Below are positions 24,801-34,427 of a stretch of 36,982 nt of DNA, in pieces (the stretch's first letter is position 1; every line of letters begins with the position of its first letter). The stretch covers positions 1 through 36,982 of IMG/VR virus record IMGVR_UViG_3300034349_000076; one strand, 5' to 3'. Both the position numbers and the translations under genes were made by a program. The DNA comes from a virus. Taxonomy: Duplodnaviria; Caudoviricetes. The notes under the pieces are model-generated. The model searched no databases. It was not told where the DNA came from and worked only from the letters and a program-made list of their open reading frames with translations.

Positions 24801-27187
24801 ATCTCATGTGCAGGAAGTTGATGTCCTGCACGCCCAAGCACAGACACCGAAGGCTCAGCCAGGGCAGCTTCATAGTCTTTCGCACCCTTGTAGACCATCC
24901 ACTGCTCTGGGTCTGTCTTACGCACATAGCGTTGGATGAGAAGTGAAGCAGGAGCAAGCGGACCCTCAGCTTCCAAGCCCTGCCTTAGCAGCGCAACTGT
25001 GTCGGTAGGCAGGTTGAGCCGCACCGAAAGCTCCATAGGCGAGAGCTGTGGAAAGGTATCTACCATCTGCCGAAGGTTCTCTACCTTAGCATACTGCAAA
25101 CCTTTGTACAGGGAAGCTTGATCGCCATAGCCAGACACAATCGCACCGTGTTGCCATGCAGCCTGTAAGCGAGCCACATCATTCGATGCAATGTAGTTTG
25201 TATCCAGGGAGACGGCAAGGTTAGAGGATGCAGAAGGTTTAAGCTTCCCCTTCAATGGCTCGAAGGCAAAGTAAGCGCGAACAAATTGCCCATCTAATTC
25301 TTCACTAGCAGCCAGCACAGGACCACGAACCGAAGCAAGTTCGATAGGCTTCCATTCACGCCCATAGGTAGGCTTCTTAGCCGCAGAGGACGAGGCAATT
25401 TGCATACGCTCAGTCTGGATACCAAGCTTAGCTTTGTTGCCTTGCACCTTGTGCCCTATACGCTTCGTCAGATGGGCTTCAATGGACCCTTGTGCTACCG
25501 TCTGTCCTTCCCAACGTGACAGTACTTGATACTCAGAGAAGAAGCCAGGCAAGGCAGCTGAAGCTTCTTCTGTGGTATTATATTTAGTAGCTAGGTCCTT
25601 TGTGAAAGCTTCATTGACCTTACCTATAGCAGCATGATACACATAGTCAAGTCGATTACCTGCACCACCAAAATTAACATGTACTTGACCAGCATTGCCT
25701 GGCATCTTTCTATTGATTTGATAGGCCAGATAGTGCAGAGCATCTTCCTGGCCTTTCACAGCAGACAAGTCGAAGTTGTGCACACCTGTTTTAGGATTCA
25801 TCCAGTACTTAGCTATCCTGTCAATCTCATTAAAGCGATCAGGCTTTGTAACTACACCTGTTCCAGTAAGCGGATCAATCACACGAGACACTCTATCTTC
25901 AGTGCCATGCGAAAGCAGGTTCCAAAACTGTTCTGTAGGCTGGAACTCTACCCTACCATGTCCTACCTGCTTAAAAGGAGCACGTGAAGCTTCCAGCGGC
26001 GCACTCTCAAGCTTATGTGTAAGCTGCTCTACTCCGGTTGCCTGTCCCTTCTGTCCCATAATATAATGCCAAGACATACGAGCTTTATCCGGCTCTGCTA
26101 TCTGCGGCACAGTCTGGCCTAGCGGAGCAGGGGCAAATTCAAGCTCCCAAGCTTTCCTGCCTTGCTCTGACGGCTGTGCCATCTTAGCAAGCTCAGGTGT
26201 AGACATCTTCTCAAGCACACCACGCGCACGATCTTCGGTAGCACGTGTGAGGTCTGCAAGCATGGTATCTGCACGCTGGCCATAGACCTTCAATACTGTG
26301 TCAGCCTGTGGCTCCATACCAGCTAGCACGACTGAATTGCGTAGATATTCGTTGCCGCCTACATAGTCGGCTAAGTTTCCCTTCTCAGCCTCAAGCACAG
26401 TTCCCCAACCATACTCGGAAGCTAAGAAAGGTGAAGCAGACTTAAAGAGCTGTCCCTTAACCGCCTCGGCAGATGCCATATCTTGCAAGCGTTGTCCTTG
26501 CTGTGCTACTTTGGTAATCTCACCACCAACCTTGGCCCACTTGAGCCAACCAGTGATGCCTGTGCCCAGTGCGATTCCACCTAAGCCAAGCGTAGGGGAC
26601 CAGCCATCCTCAAAATAGGTATGTTCACTGAGTAGGGCAACAGTGGAAGCTTCGAAGAGTGCGTTCTCTGTTAGAGCTTCGCCATAGGTCCATGCACGTG
26701 CAGACCGCATAGCTGTTTGGTATTCGGTAGTATGCCGTCCACCGTTGATCGCAGCAGTCTTTGCTAAGCCTGTAGCTGCTTCTATCTTCTTATTGAAGGA
26801 AGACAACCCTACTCCCCGATAAGCATAGCCCCAAGCACTGGAGCCTGTGCGTGCAAGCGACATTGCCTTAGAGATGCCAAGCCCTGGAATGATAGCACCT
26901 GCCATGAAGGAGCCAAACTCCACAGCACTCTTATGTTGCGCAGTATACTCAGCTATATCATTGCTCATGAAAGCATAACGATCCACATGGTCCGCTTCGA
27001 TAGCAGCAGGAGCAACGAAATTGTAAGCAGAGATAGCCGAATTGACTACTGTCTGACCTAAGTCTCCCACTACAGCTACCGGATATTTGTAAGCATGGGA
27101 GAACCAAGATGTAGGCTCATCTCCGCTGTCTCCTATAGCACGCTCTTGAGAGATTAGCGGAGAAACGATGTCTCTGTATGTGCCCAT
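21857..27187 (-). CDS. Large internal virion / DNA ejection protein (1776 aa)
   Basis: Ala/Gln-rich helical protein with Gly-rich hydrophobic segments, last of three ejection-type genes, AAGGGAG RBS; function inferred from position. Confidence 0.75.
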   Translation of the reverse strand: MGTYRDIVSPLISQERAIGDSGDEPTSWFSHAYKYPVAVVGDLGQTVVNSAISAYNFVAPAAIEADHVDRYAFMSNDIAEYTAQHKSAVEFGSFMAGAIIPGLGISKAMSLARTGSSAWGYAYRGVGLSSFNKKIEAATGLAKTAAINGGRHTTEYQTAMRSARAWTYGEALTENALFEASTVALLSEHTYFEDGWSPTLGLGGIALGTGITGWLKWAKVGGEITKVAQQGQRLQDMASAEAVKGQLFKSASPFLASEYGWGTVLEAEKGNLADYVGGNEYLRNSVVLAGMEPQADTVLKVYGQRADTMLADLTRATEDRARGVLEKMSTPELAKMAQPSEQGRKAWELEFAPAPLGQTVPQIAEPDKARMSWHYIMGQKGQATGVEQLTHKLESAPLEASRAPFKQVGHGRVEFQPTEQFWNLLSHGTEDRVSRVIDPLTGTGVVTKPDRFNEIDRIAKYWMNPKTGVHNFDLSAVKGQEDALHYLAYQINRKMPGNAGQVHVNFGGAGNRLDYVYHAAIGKVNEAFTKDLATKYNTTEEASAALPGFFSEYQVLSRWEGQTVAQGSIEAHLTKRIGHKVQGNKAKLGIQTERMQIASSSAAKKPTYGREWKPIELASVRGPVLAASEELDGQFVRAYFAFEPLKGKLKPSASSNLAVSLDTNYIASNDVARLQAAWQHGAIVSGYGDQASLYKGLQYAKVENLRQMVDTFPQLSPMELSVRLNLPTDTVALLRQGLEAEGPLAPASLLIQRYVRKTDPEQWMVYKGAKDYEAALAEPSVSVLGRAGHQLPAHEIAAKLDQQGMERMAADIIDQATILRTQDPANQYMRDLHENLVRSSTMQGVRNNLAELAADAGAGSVLTSADFALRRFGVLSAHLTGAGSQLQEYTNNAITRFSAHVGPAARAVADDKVSATQFEYVKNQLAGLDSNAFDRSAGLVFTQDNKILLRNEVRDKVGVVTQQAEFLQYPQGGDIQVSQSVRTFMERTETAAKELWAMRETIAQIKGRALTSDRRNLWLPAPSLDHSMQAFIWNKAEMKVQRIIGRDMESFTAEVAAFRQANSAALASGDLTLHMRNDAELGAWLRIRNLAELEGVTTALPTMRRSGIAQTKVRGTPQAVNETIKDFEAQYNSLGRQYLRTANEDIFTKLDLIEAQHTTARKAGPSGSKLLSMQEKVSPATQAKAALLNLSQLGSNKALAAADDVFSYAVDKAAQGLQRGYQSYQKFAARGDYSPAAFQHMQDELQRAGVPVPWQDAIQFAASRSPELGEQAKSLVAQSNSIVATLALRLFDFSHPIVTTLTAPLVMTAEGVGQNGMSHLGAMKLVYETGRDWIRQAVNAQAAPEAAAVLAEGARLGHTALRVSEATRVLSSGFGSVSKWQEIEASKAFEWLCKASDTSEHATREAAYLMGYKLAKQTSPNADEAFLHSHAALFTNRAMGNYAARQRSVFFQGASGQAIGLFQTFMWTMGQNLFRYAENKQMNAIAGMLGGYTGLFGLNSLPAYATVDQAIGQWSKSPDDQDITSTIYQAFGDKAGGHSRSAAEYMLYGLPSTLLQTAFYTRGELQPRLPTNAGGLPVPPAIAMAGNALDTVTGIAQKTASLWASNAQVGQGGVGSKFKDVATATAEGVATQFIWRPAARLTELAIGHSLDAKGQTIASGEDVRGPWPAFARILSARPLEEQVIRNQNFRHRLYDTADSRKNKQLISTLRTQVRSGQQAGISGTMGRYLQAGGTPAGWRRALNEVSITESAPGASALLDEVSKQPGIAAIMEGYAF

Positions 27188-27201
27188 AGCAATGCGCTCC
27201 C

Positions 27202-30200
27202 TTATCCCTTTCCATTAGTTAACTGTTGCCAAGGATTATCCCAGCCTGGCCTAGCAGCAGGTTGCGAAGGCTGCACCTTAACAGGCTGCGAAGGAGCTGG
27301 TGCGCTAGGCATAGGCAGCCCTCTGACTGCATCTAGTGGGTCCACCCAACCAGGACGTGCTTGCATGACCTCACCAGTATATCCTTGCGCTGATTGGCCT
27401 TGTGCTGTCATCTGTTGTGCAGGCTCCATTACGTCGAGTCTGCGTAAGAACACATCTGCACCTACAGACTCCATAAGCGTCTTTGCCTTAGCTGCTGCCA
27501 AGCCTGCTTCAATACTCTGACGCGCTTCATAGCCAGATTTGCTGAGAGTGTTCTCCGTCCTGTCATCTATAAGCTTCACAACTCTGTGCAGCATCTGCCC
27601 AGCAAGCTCTAATGCACGCATACGCTCAATGCCAGATTTGCCAGACACAGTAAGCCCAGTAGGTGTGACATCTGTGTTCCATTCTGCTGCATCACGTAGC
27701 GCAAGAGCAAGTGTTCCCCAGCTAAGCCAAGCTGAAGTGTCAAGCACGCGTACCATATCTTGCTGTGCTCTCACCTCTTCTTGCGGACCTGAGACATCTA
27801 TGCTAGCAAGCAATGCACGTTGCATTTCATCATTGTGCGTCACAAACTGACCTTTAGCAAAGCGAAGGGTTGCACGCTCTACAGCTTGTGAAGCCAAGCC
27901 GTCTCTATTTGAGCCTAGCTGTGTGGCCACCCAAGCATCTATCTGGCCTTGACTCTCTGCTTTAGCAGTGTCACCTGAAGCACTTTGTTTGGCATTCCAT
28001 AGCTGAAGATAAGCCTTATCTACGCTCTCTTTCAAGTCTGGACGCAAGTTAAGGTCTGGAGCAATACGCTCTATGACTCTTTCATCATTCTTAATCTGCA
28101 TTAGCTCCTGACTGTAGGCACGCATAGCTTGCTGCCCTTCAGGAGATGATTGCCTATTAGCCATAAGACGAGAAGCAAAGTCTTGCTGCCAAACTGGCCT
28201 GCCTAGGTTCTTTATAGCTTGTGGTGAATAGCCTTGTTCACCATATATCTTAGCTGACTGAGCATCTGCTAATATCTGCTCTGCGTTCTTATTCCTCAAT
28301 GGATCATTAACACTCTCACCATAAGATGTACCTACAGCCTCTTGATATACTTGCTGCGTAGCTTCTCCACCTAATCCTTGATTAGCAAGAATAACCTGTG
28401 TTTGATATTTTGCATCTGTATTGGCTGCCATCTTAGCCGCAGCTTCAGCCGCCTTGTCTTCCTTGGTAGGAGCATAGAGCGCTTCAACCTCAGCAGAGAA
28501 AGCTTTAAGATCTTTAGCACCTTCCATACGTTGCAGGGCCTTCATTGCACCCGCTGAAGCAGTGGTAGCAAACTTGCGATACCAATTTTCGTATTCCATA
28601 TCAGCCTTCTCTACACTAAGCCCATTAAGCTCAGCCTCTTGCTTTGCTTGTATAAGCTTCTGAGCCTGATCCAGCTCTAGCGCATCCTTACGAGGGATGA
28701 CTTCCTCGATACCGAAGATAGCCTTGTCTTTATAGAGCTGGAAATCTGCTTCTAGCTTAGCTTTGCGGTCAGTATCTTGCTCTGCATCTATTGCAAGTCT
28801 ACGCCTATCAAACTCTTCTGCTTGGCGAGTAAAGGAAAGATCAGACTGGTCAGCTCTAAAAGCATAAGAGCGCATCTCTTTGTCTAACGAAGCCTGTGCA
28901 TCTTGCTTACGTCTCTCATCCTTGATTGCATTGACAGCAGTCTGTTGTCTGTCCCACTCTGCTGCTTTCGTTGTGTCCTTTAGCTCATCACGCACAAAGG
29001 TCATTGTATAGCCACGCATTTCTTTATCTAGCGCAGCCTGCTTAGTAGCTTTAGCATTCGCATCCTTTATTATGTTGATCTCTTTCTGACGCCTATCATA
29101 CTCTGTATTAGCACGCGCAAATACTAAATCATTACGTCCTGCTGCTCTCATCTCCTTATCCAATACTGCTTGCGCTTTTTCCTTATCCTTAGCATCAGTG
29201 CGTGCATTTACTGCTGCCTGGCGCCTATCCCAATCTTCATTACTCGCTGTGCGCTTTGCCTTATCACGCTTATCCTGCTGTGCAAAGGTCAATTGCTGCT
29301 TATCTAATGCAGCTTGCGCTCTCTTACGTTCCTTTTCATCTGTGATAGCATTGATAGCTTTCTGCTGCTGCTGCCAAGTCTCACGCTGCTTCTCTGTACG
29401 CGCATCAAGCATCTGTTTCTGTCGTTTGGTGCTTTCATCCATAAGGAAGACAGCAGAACGATCATGTAAAGCTTGCTTGTAATCTGCTCCTTGCTTATCG
29501 AAACCATAGATAACTTCTTGGCGTGCACTGAAGCGATCCAGGTCAGCCTTCTGATTGTCTGTAAGGTCTGCACGCTTCTCTCTTAGCTTGCCTTTATAGA
29601 TAGCCAGCTCTGTGTCAACCTTGGCAAGCTGTTCTGCCGGTGCTCCTTCTGCTTTAAGCTTAGCTTTGGCAGCAAGCAATTCTCCTTGTCGTTGTACAAG
29701 AGCCTGTGTTTGCGCTGGAAAAACGTCTAGCTTGGCTTCAGCTCTAGCTTGCTGAAGGCGCTTCTCTGCATTAGCACGTGCCTCTGCTTTAGCCGGTGCA
29801 TTCTCAAGTGCTATACGTTCTCTAGCCTTTGCTGTGGCTTCTTGTTGTTGTATCTGAGTCTCTGATTGCAGTGTCTTCTCAAGCAAGCCTTGCTCTTGCT
29901 CTAGTGTGCTTCTATCAGCTAGCCATTGCACTACATCTGGATGCTGCTTTACCTGTTCAAGCGCAAACTCACGCTCAACACGAGCTTCCTTCAACATCCC
30001 AGCTACACCTTCTTGCTGTGTCTTTAGATCCTTAGCTAATGTACTTGAGCCATAAAGTAGAATCTGCTCATGCAATTCATTGTTCTTTGTAGTGAGTGCT
30101 GCTATCCGTTCATCTATTGGTGCAACCTGCTGTTGAATAAGCCCAGATGCAGCTATATCTCCGTCCGCAATCCTCTGTCCCATAGCACGCCAAGCATCAA

Positions 30201-30558
30201 TCGTTGGCACACCTGTGGGCGGAACTTTATCAGGCGCAGTGAGTGCAGCAGTCTGCCCTATCTTACTTGCCTTGCCTTGCCCATAGACACCAGTGGGCTG
30301 AATGTAGACAGGCACTTCTTTGCTAGGTGTCCAAGGGTTATCACCTCTTGCAGCAATCACAGGACTGTCTGTGAACTCAGGCTGCCAAGGTTGATGACCC
30401 CCAGATGAGCGCTGTATATCCATACGAAGCATCTCACCAATAGCAGCCACCATAGGAGCTGCATTGAGCGCATCAGCCTTTGTTACAGGGCCTTGATTGG
30501 AGGGTGCAGGCTGGCCAAGAAGCGGAGCCAGCAATGAGTCGAGCGAAGATGAAGCCAT
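27202..30558 (-). CDS. Internal virion / ejection protein with long coiled coil and internal repeats (1118 aa)
   Basis: A/Q/K/E/D-rich, five repeats of about 44-49 aa, TAATG coupling to the upstream gene. Confidence 0.7.
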   Translation of the reverse strand: MASSSLDSLLAPLLGQPAPSNQGPVTKADALNAAPMVAAIGEMLRMDIQRSSGGHQPWQPEFTDSPVIAARGDNPWTPSKEVPVYIQPTGVYGQGKASKIGQTAALTAPDKVPPTGVPTIDAWRAMGQRIADGDIAASGLIQQQVAPIDERIAALTTKNNELHEQILLYGSSTLAKDLKTQQEGVAGMLKEARVEREFALEQVKQHPDVVQWLADRSTLEQEQGLLEKTLQSETQIQQQEATAKARERIALENAPAKAEARANAEKRLQQARAEAKLDVFPAQTQALVQRQGELLAAKAKLKAEGAPAEQLAKVDTELAIYKGKLREKRADLTDNQKADLDRFSARQEVIYGFDKQGADYKQALHDRSAVFLMDESTKRQKQMLDARTEKQRETWQQQQKAINAITDEKERKRAQAALDKQQLTFAQQDKRDKAKRTASNEDWDRRQAAVNARTDAKDKEKAQAVLDKEMRAAGRNDLVFARANTEYDRRQKEINIIKDANAKATKQAALDKEMRGYTMTFVRDELKDTTKAAEWDRQQTAVNAIKDERRKQDAQASLDKEMRSYAFRADQSDLSFTRQAEEFDRRRLAIDAEQDTDRKAKLEADFQLYKDKAIFGIEEVIPRKDALELDQAQKLIQAKQEAELNGLSVEKADMEYENWYRKFATTASAGAMKALQRMEGAKDLKAFSAEVEALYAPTKEDKAAEAAAKMAANTDAKYQTQVILANQGLGGEATQQVYQEAVGTSYGESVNDPLRNKNAEQILADAQSAKIYGEQGYSPQAIKNLGRPVWQQDFASRLMANRQSSPEGQQAMRAYSQELMQIKNDERVIERIAPDLNLRPDLKESVDKAYLQLWNAKQSASGDTAKAESQGQIDAWVATQLGSNRDGLASQAVERATLRFAKGQFVTHNDEMQRALLASIDVSGPQEEVRAQQDMVRVLDTSAWLSWGTLALALRDAAEWNTDVTPTGLTVSGKSGIERMRALELAGQMLHRVVKLIDDRTENTLSKSGYEARQSIEAGLAAAKAKTLMESVGADVFLRRLDVMEPAQQMTAQGQSAQGYTGEVMQARPGWVDPLDAVRGLPMPSAPAPSQPVKVQPSQPAARPGWDNPWQQLTNGKG

Positions 30559-31673
30559 TAGCGTAACATCCCTAGCAGCAGCTCTAAGTTACCAGTAGCT
30601 CCCTTAGAAGCATTTTGTTGTGCACCAGTGTATGTCTCACCTACACCAAGCAGCTTTTGCAATTCTAAATAACCAGATTTATAATTACTCTCTGCTGCTC
30701 CTTGTGCCTGATTAGTTCGCGCAGTGATCCTATTGCTGGCTGCATTGGCCTGGTTGGCTTGTGCATTCATGATAGCCGCAGTGTTGTCATTCGCCGCAGT
30801 AGTACTTGCTGTGTTAGCATTTTGTAGTCCAATCAAACCAGCCATCCATTTGATAGGATCAGTCTCTGTACTAGATCCTGTAGCTGACTTGCTTGTATTG
30901 CTTGTGCTTGTCTCATCTGTGATGCTCTGCCCACTGATTTGCTTCAACAGATTGCGTGTCTCTGTTGACATAGATCCTTTGCTGATTCCAAGCGCCTGTA
31001 TAAGCGCATTTTGCACTGGGTCATTACCCATCTGTTCGGCTGTAGTGCTTACCACATCTTGCTGTCCCTTAAGCAACTGACCGTACTGGGTAATAAGCCC
31101 TGCTTCTGCTGCGGCTGCTTGTGCTGCGGTCCTAGTAGCTGCATCCTGCGAAAGAAGCGCATTCATAGAGTCACCACTAGAGCCTGAGGCTTCCATAGCA
31201 GCATTGATTTGCGGCATCACTTGCTCTAAGAATTGCTGCGAATAGAGAGCATTGCTTCGTTGTGCTTGCTCACGTGCCGCTTGTACAGTGTATTGCTCTT
31301 GATTCGCTGTGGCGTTCTGTAGCTGAGCTTGCAGAGCTGCTACTGCTTGTTTCTGCTGTGCTGATCCTCCTTGTTGAAGCTGAGCAAGCAATGCTGTGAG
31401 CGCAGCACGGCCAGCAGGGTCCATGTTGTCGGTGACAATAGTCCCTGTCTCACGCTCAGTGCCTGTAGTATTCTGTACTGTACGCTTAGCGCCTGAAACA
31501 AGCTCTGATGTCTGTGCTGTCTGCGACGAGGTAGAAGCAGGTGCACTACCTGACAAGTTAAGAGATTGTTTAAGCAAGTCTGTGAGCGAAGAAGTAGTGC
31601 TTCCACCACTTGCACTATTCCAGCTCTTCTTGCCTGTGTTCTGCTGATTAAGCTGGTTGCTAGATTGCGACAT
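30558..31673 (-). CDS. Internal virion / pilot-type ejection protein (371 aa)
   Basis: S/T/Q/A/G low-complexity protein; start at 31673 supported by AAGGAG RBS and TGATG overlap. Confidence 0.68.
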   Translation of the reverse strand: MSQSSNQLNQQNTGKKSWNSASGGSTTSSLTDLLKQSLNLSGSAPASTSSQTAQTSELVSGAKRTVQNTTGTERETGTIVTDNMDPAGRAALTALLAQLQQGGSAQQKQAVAALQAQLQNATANQEQYTVQAAREQAQRSNALYSQQFLEQVMPQINAAMEASGSSGDSMNALLSQDAATRTAAQAAAAEAGLITQYGQLLKGQQDVVSTTAEQMGNDPVQNALIQALGISKGSMSTETRNLLKQISGQSITDETSTSNTSKSATGSSTETDPIKWMAGLIGLQNANTASTTAANDNTAAIMNAQANQANAASNRITARTNQAQGAAESNYKSGYLELQKLLGVGETYTGAQQNASKGATGNLELLLGMLR

Positions 31674-33247
31674 CAGAGTACTCCTTGCGCAAAACAAGAT
31701 AAGCGAAGTTGTTTAAGGTCCGCCATGCCAGCTACTTGCAGCATAGCGTAGTGCGCAGTAGAATCTAGATAGAAACGACTAGCCTTTGTCAGCGCGTCTT
31801 GTTGTGCGCTAGCATAGTGTTGCGCTGTGATGGCAGTGCCTTCTTGATCGTATGCCCACAGATCAAAGGTCCAAGGTCCGATGGCTTTGCTAAGCTCCAC
31901 ATGCGCTTCCACATAAGTAGTCCAGCCAAGAGCCTGTGCACGAGGAAAGCCAATGAACACAGAGCTATCTGCTTGCTGATTGGAAGCAAGGAAAACTTCC
32001 CCATCTGGCATAACCATCCCTAGCCCACGCCCTTCAAGCGACCAAGCTTCGATAGGGTTGCGTGTAGCAGATACTTGTTGTGCTAGCTGTGAAGTATGCA
32101 AAGGTTGTTGCACTCCACAAGCTCCCACAGCAGTAGACTTATCCAAGCGCACACTGTTACTATTTGCAGCAGTGAGGCCAAATAGTAGAGCTGCACCGGT
32201 ATCACAGCTTCCCCACTTCTCTAGCGCAGTATCAAATACAATCCAACGCTCGAAAGCCACAAAGTTATTATCAATGAGCTGAGGCACAGGTACAGCAGGT
32301 AAGCCACGGTTACTACGCAACAGTATATCTGTTTCCAGAAGGAAAGGAAGCCCGATACAGATGAAACGATTCTCAAGATAACGAACTTGCAATGGCCAAG
32401 GATATGCTGCCAGGTAGCTATCAAGCACATCCGACACTACCTCATACTTACTTGACGCAGGAGTGACAAAGTAAAGCCCACTAGAGGTATATACAAGTTG
32501 CTTGTTTTGCCCAGCCGACACATGACGAGGATCAACAATACCAAAGTCTACAAGCTCCGTATAGCGAAATACGTAGTCATCACCTGTATAAGTAGCAATG
32601 ATTACATTGTCTGTGGTATATGCGGCAAATCCATCCTCGTAGCCAGCAAGCAAAAGAAGCTGTCCCCGCATTGCTTGTGGCTTACCTACACCTGCTTGTG
32701 TGCTGATAGCAGGAGTGAAGTCAAGCTCGTCTAGCATTGCGGACCTGTAAATGCTACCGCTTGTCTCCCATGCCATCAAGCGTCCACGTGCCTGTGTGAT
32801 CCCTGCTACAGAAGCAAGCGGAATAGGAACAATCACTTCCGTTGTGGTGGGGTCCGCCATGCCAACTGCATCAATGCTAGCTACTAACGCTGGTTCGATA
32901 GCATGAAAATCAAAATATGTAACTTCAATCGCATAATCCCATGTCACAGCAGCAGGTATCTCTGCTACTACCTCAACTTGTGCACCTGAGATAGCTCCAA
33001 GCAGATAAGTGAGAATGGCTTCTTTAATGTCATTGCTATCCATGTACTCTGTTATTAACAGTGTAGCACTAATCTCCGTGTCAAGGTCCGACAACAGCGT
33101 ATGCTTCACACGCACATAACTGATTGTACTGCACACAGTGCGAAAGCCAGTAAGAGCAAGAATGCCAGTAAGGCTATCCCAGCTATAAGCAAGTGTAGCC
33201 GCATCTCCATCATGCTCCAATACTAGCGTGGCAATTAGAAGGTCCAT
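31673..33247 (-). CDS. Tail nozzle / tail tubular protein B-like, C-terminal part
   Basis: Beta-propeller-like strands (GRLMAW, IYRS..DELDFTP, GFAAYT, LVYTSSGLY, WIVFD...KWG); position before the ejection genes. Confidence 0.65.
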   Translation of the reverse strand: MDLLIATLVLEHDGDAATLAYSWDSLTGILALTGFRTVCSTISYVRVKHTLLSDLDTEISATLLITEYMDSNDIKEAILTYLLGAISGAQVEVVAEIPAAVTWDYAIEVTYFDFHAIEPALVASIDAVGMADPTTTEVIVPIPLASVAGITQARGRLMAWETSGSIYRSAMLDELDFTPAISTQAGVGKPQAMRGQLLLLAGYEDGFAAYTTDNVIIATYTGDDYVFRYTELVDFGIVDPRHVSAGQNKQLVYTSSGLYFVTPASSKYEVVSDVLDSYLAAYPWPLQVRYLENRFICIGLPFLLETDILLRSNRGLPAVPVPQLIDNNFVAFERWIVFDTALEKWGSCDTGAALLFGLTAANSNSVRLDKSTAVGACGVQQPLHTSQLAQQVSATRNPIEAWSLEGRGLGMVMPDGEVFLASNQQADSSVFIGFPRAQALGWTTYVEAHVELSKAIGPWTFDLWAYDQEGTAITAQHYASAQQDALTKASRFYLDSTAHYAMLQVAGMADLKQLRLSCFAQGVL

Positions 33248-33262
33248 ATCGCGCCTGTCTTG

Positions 33263-34063
33263 CTAAGGAAGTACAAGGGTCTTTGAGGTCGCGCCAAGGA
33301 AAGCGCGCAACTGTGATGAAAGTGTAGCAGCATAAGCAGCAGCTACATGCGCCTTATGCATATGAGAAATAGCAAGCTGGCCAAGCTCAGTTCCAAAATC
33401 AAAAGTAAGTGTATGCTCTGTGGCGCTAGCTGTGTCTATGCTACCTTCTATCGTCCACTTGTACGCATCTACAGTACCAATGATAGACGACGGATTAAGC
33501 CATTCAAGCAGCACAGTACGCGCATCAACCGAACTTATCCTGAGCAGCGCACCAAGTCCTTGCTGATAGAAGTAATTCCTATTACGCACTACTGCATAAC
33601 TCCACAACATCCAAGGACTTGGAGATGTAGCTAGTGCTTCAACTATCTTAGTCCATCCAAAGCCTGCACCGTCAACAAGAGAGATTGTCTTCTGTGCAAC
33701 CAGATGCGTGATAGCCGGCACTGGTGTAGTAGTGACCAACGTACCGGGTGTGTTATTGCCAGGGCAGCAAAGATAAAGCCCACCAGGACACATAGCAACC
33801 AAGACAGTGATTCTACCATCAAGCCTAAGAACAAATAAGTCTTGTACATAAGGTTCCTCTGTTACCGCACCAAGTGAAAGATCCTGGCCAAAGTAGGAGA
33901 TGTATCCTTTCTCGGTAGGAAGTGCATTGATAGCATCCACTACTTGCATAGAGGGCATGAATTGCCCTCTAGCCGAGTATTCATCTGTAAGACGAGGAAG
34001 ATTGTCAGGGAAAGGAGACACAAGTCCCTTCTCAATATCCGCTACATAAATGGGCCTAGCCAT
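33263..34063 (-). CDS. Tail nozzle / tail tubular protein B-like, N-terminal part
   Basis: Beta-rich, NALPTEKGYISY; in frame with 31673-33247 and separated only by TAG plus 5 codons. Confidence 0.6.
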   Translation of the reverse strand: MARPIYVADIEKGLVSPFPDNLPRLTDEYSARGQFMPSMQVVDAINALPTEKGYISYFGQDLSLGAVTEEPYVQDLFVLRLDGRITVLVAMCPGGLYLCCPGNNTPGTLVTTTPVPAITHLVAQKTISLVDGAGFGWTKIVEALATSPSPWMLWSYAVVRNRNYFYQQGLGALLRISSVDARTVLLEWLNPSSIIGTVDAYKWTIEGSIDTASATEHTLTFDFGTELGQLAISHMHKAHVAAAYAATLSSQLRAFLGATSKTLVLP

Positions 34064-34427
34064 TGTCCATGAACCTCGTAGCAATCAATCCTTCCCAAGT
34101 CGCAAGAAGGGTTACATAGAGTGGCTTAGCTGACGCATCCTGTGCTTTAGCCCCAACACAGCTCCCTTGTGCGTATAGTACTACAGGCTTATTTGCAGGC
34201 ACATAAATACTGTTAGCCAGCATAGCAGACGACATACTGACTGTACTCACTGCACCAATATACACACGCATAGGAGCTTCGGACCACACACGAATAAGCT
34301 GCCCAATTGTAATCCCCATTTCAAGCACTTCATCATCCGCTACCGCAAAGCTAAATTCTGGATACAGCACATCCAAAGGGATGCTTAGCCCCGACGTGGT
34401 AGCAAGCGGATAAGGTTGTCTGCTCAT
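34056..34427 (-). CDS. Putative small virion/tail protein (123 aa)
   Basis: Beta-rich, coupled to both neighbours in the virion operon. Confidence 0.6.
   Translation of the reverse strand: MSRQPYPLATTSGLSIPLDVLYPEFSFAVADDEVLEMGITIGQLIRVWSEAPMRVYIGAVSTVSMSSAMLANSIYVPANKPVVLYAQGSCVGAKAQDASAKPLYVTLLATWEGLIATRFMDNG

Noticed and set aside
21857-27187. Virion RNA polymerase or lytic transglycosylase domain in the 1776-aa protein
   Set aside because: No catalytic motifs recognised by eye
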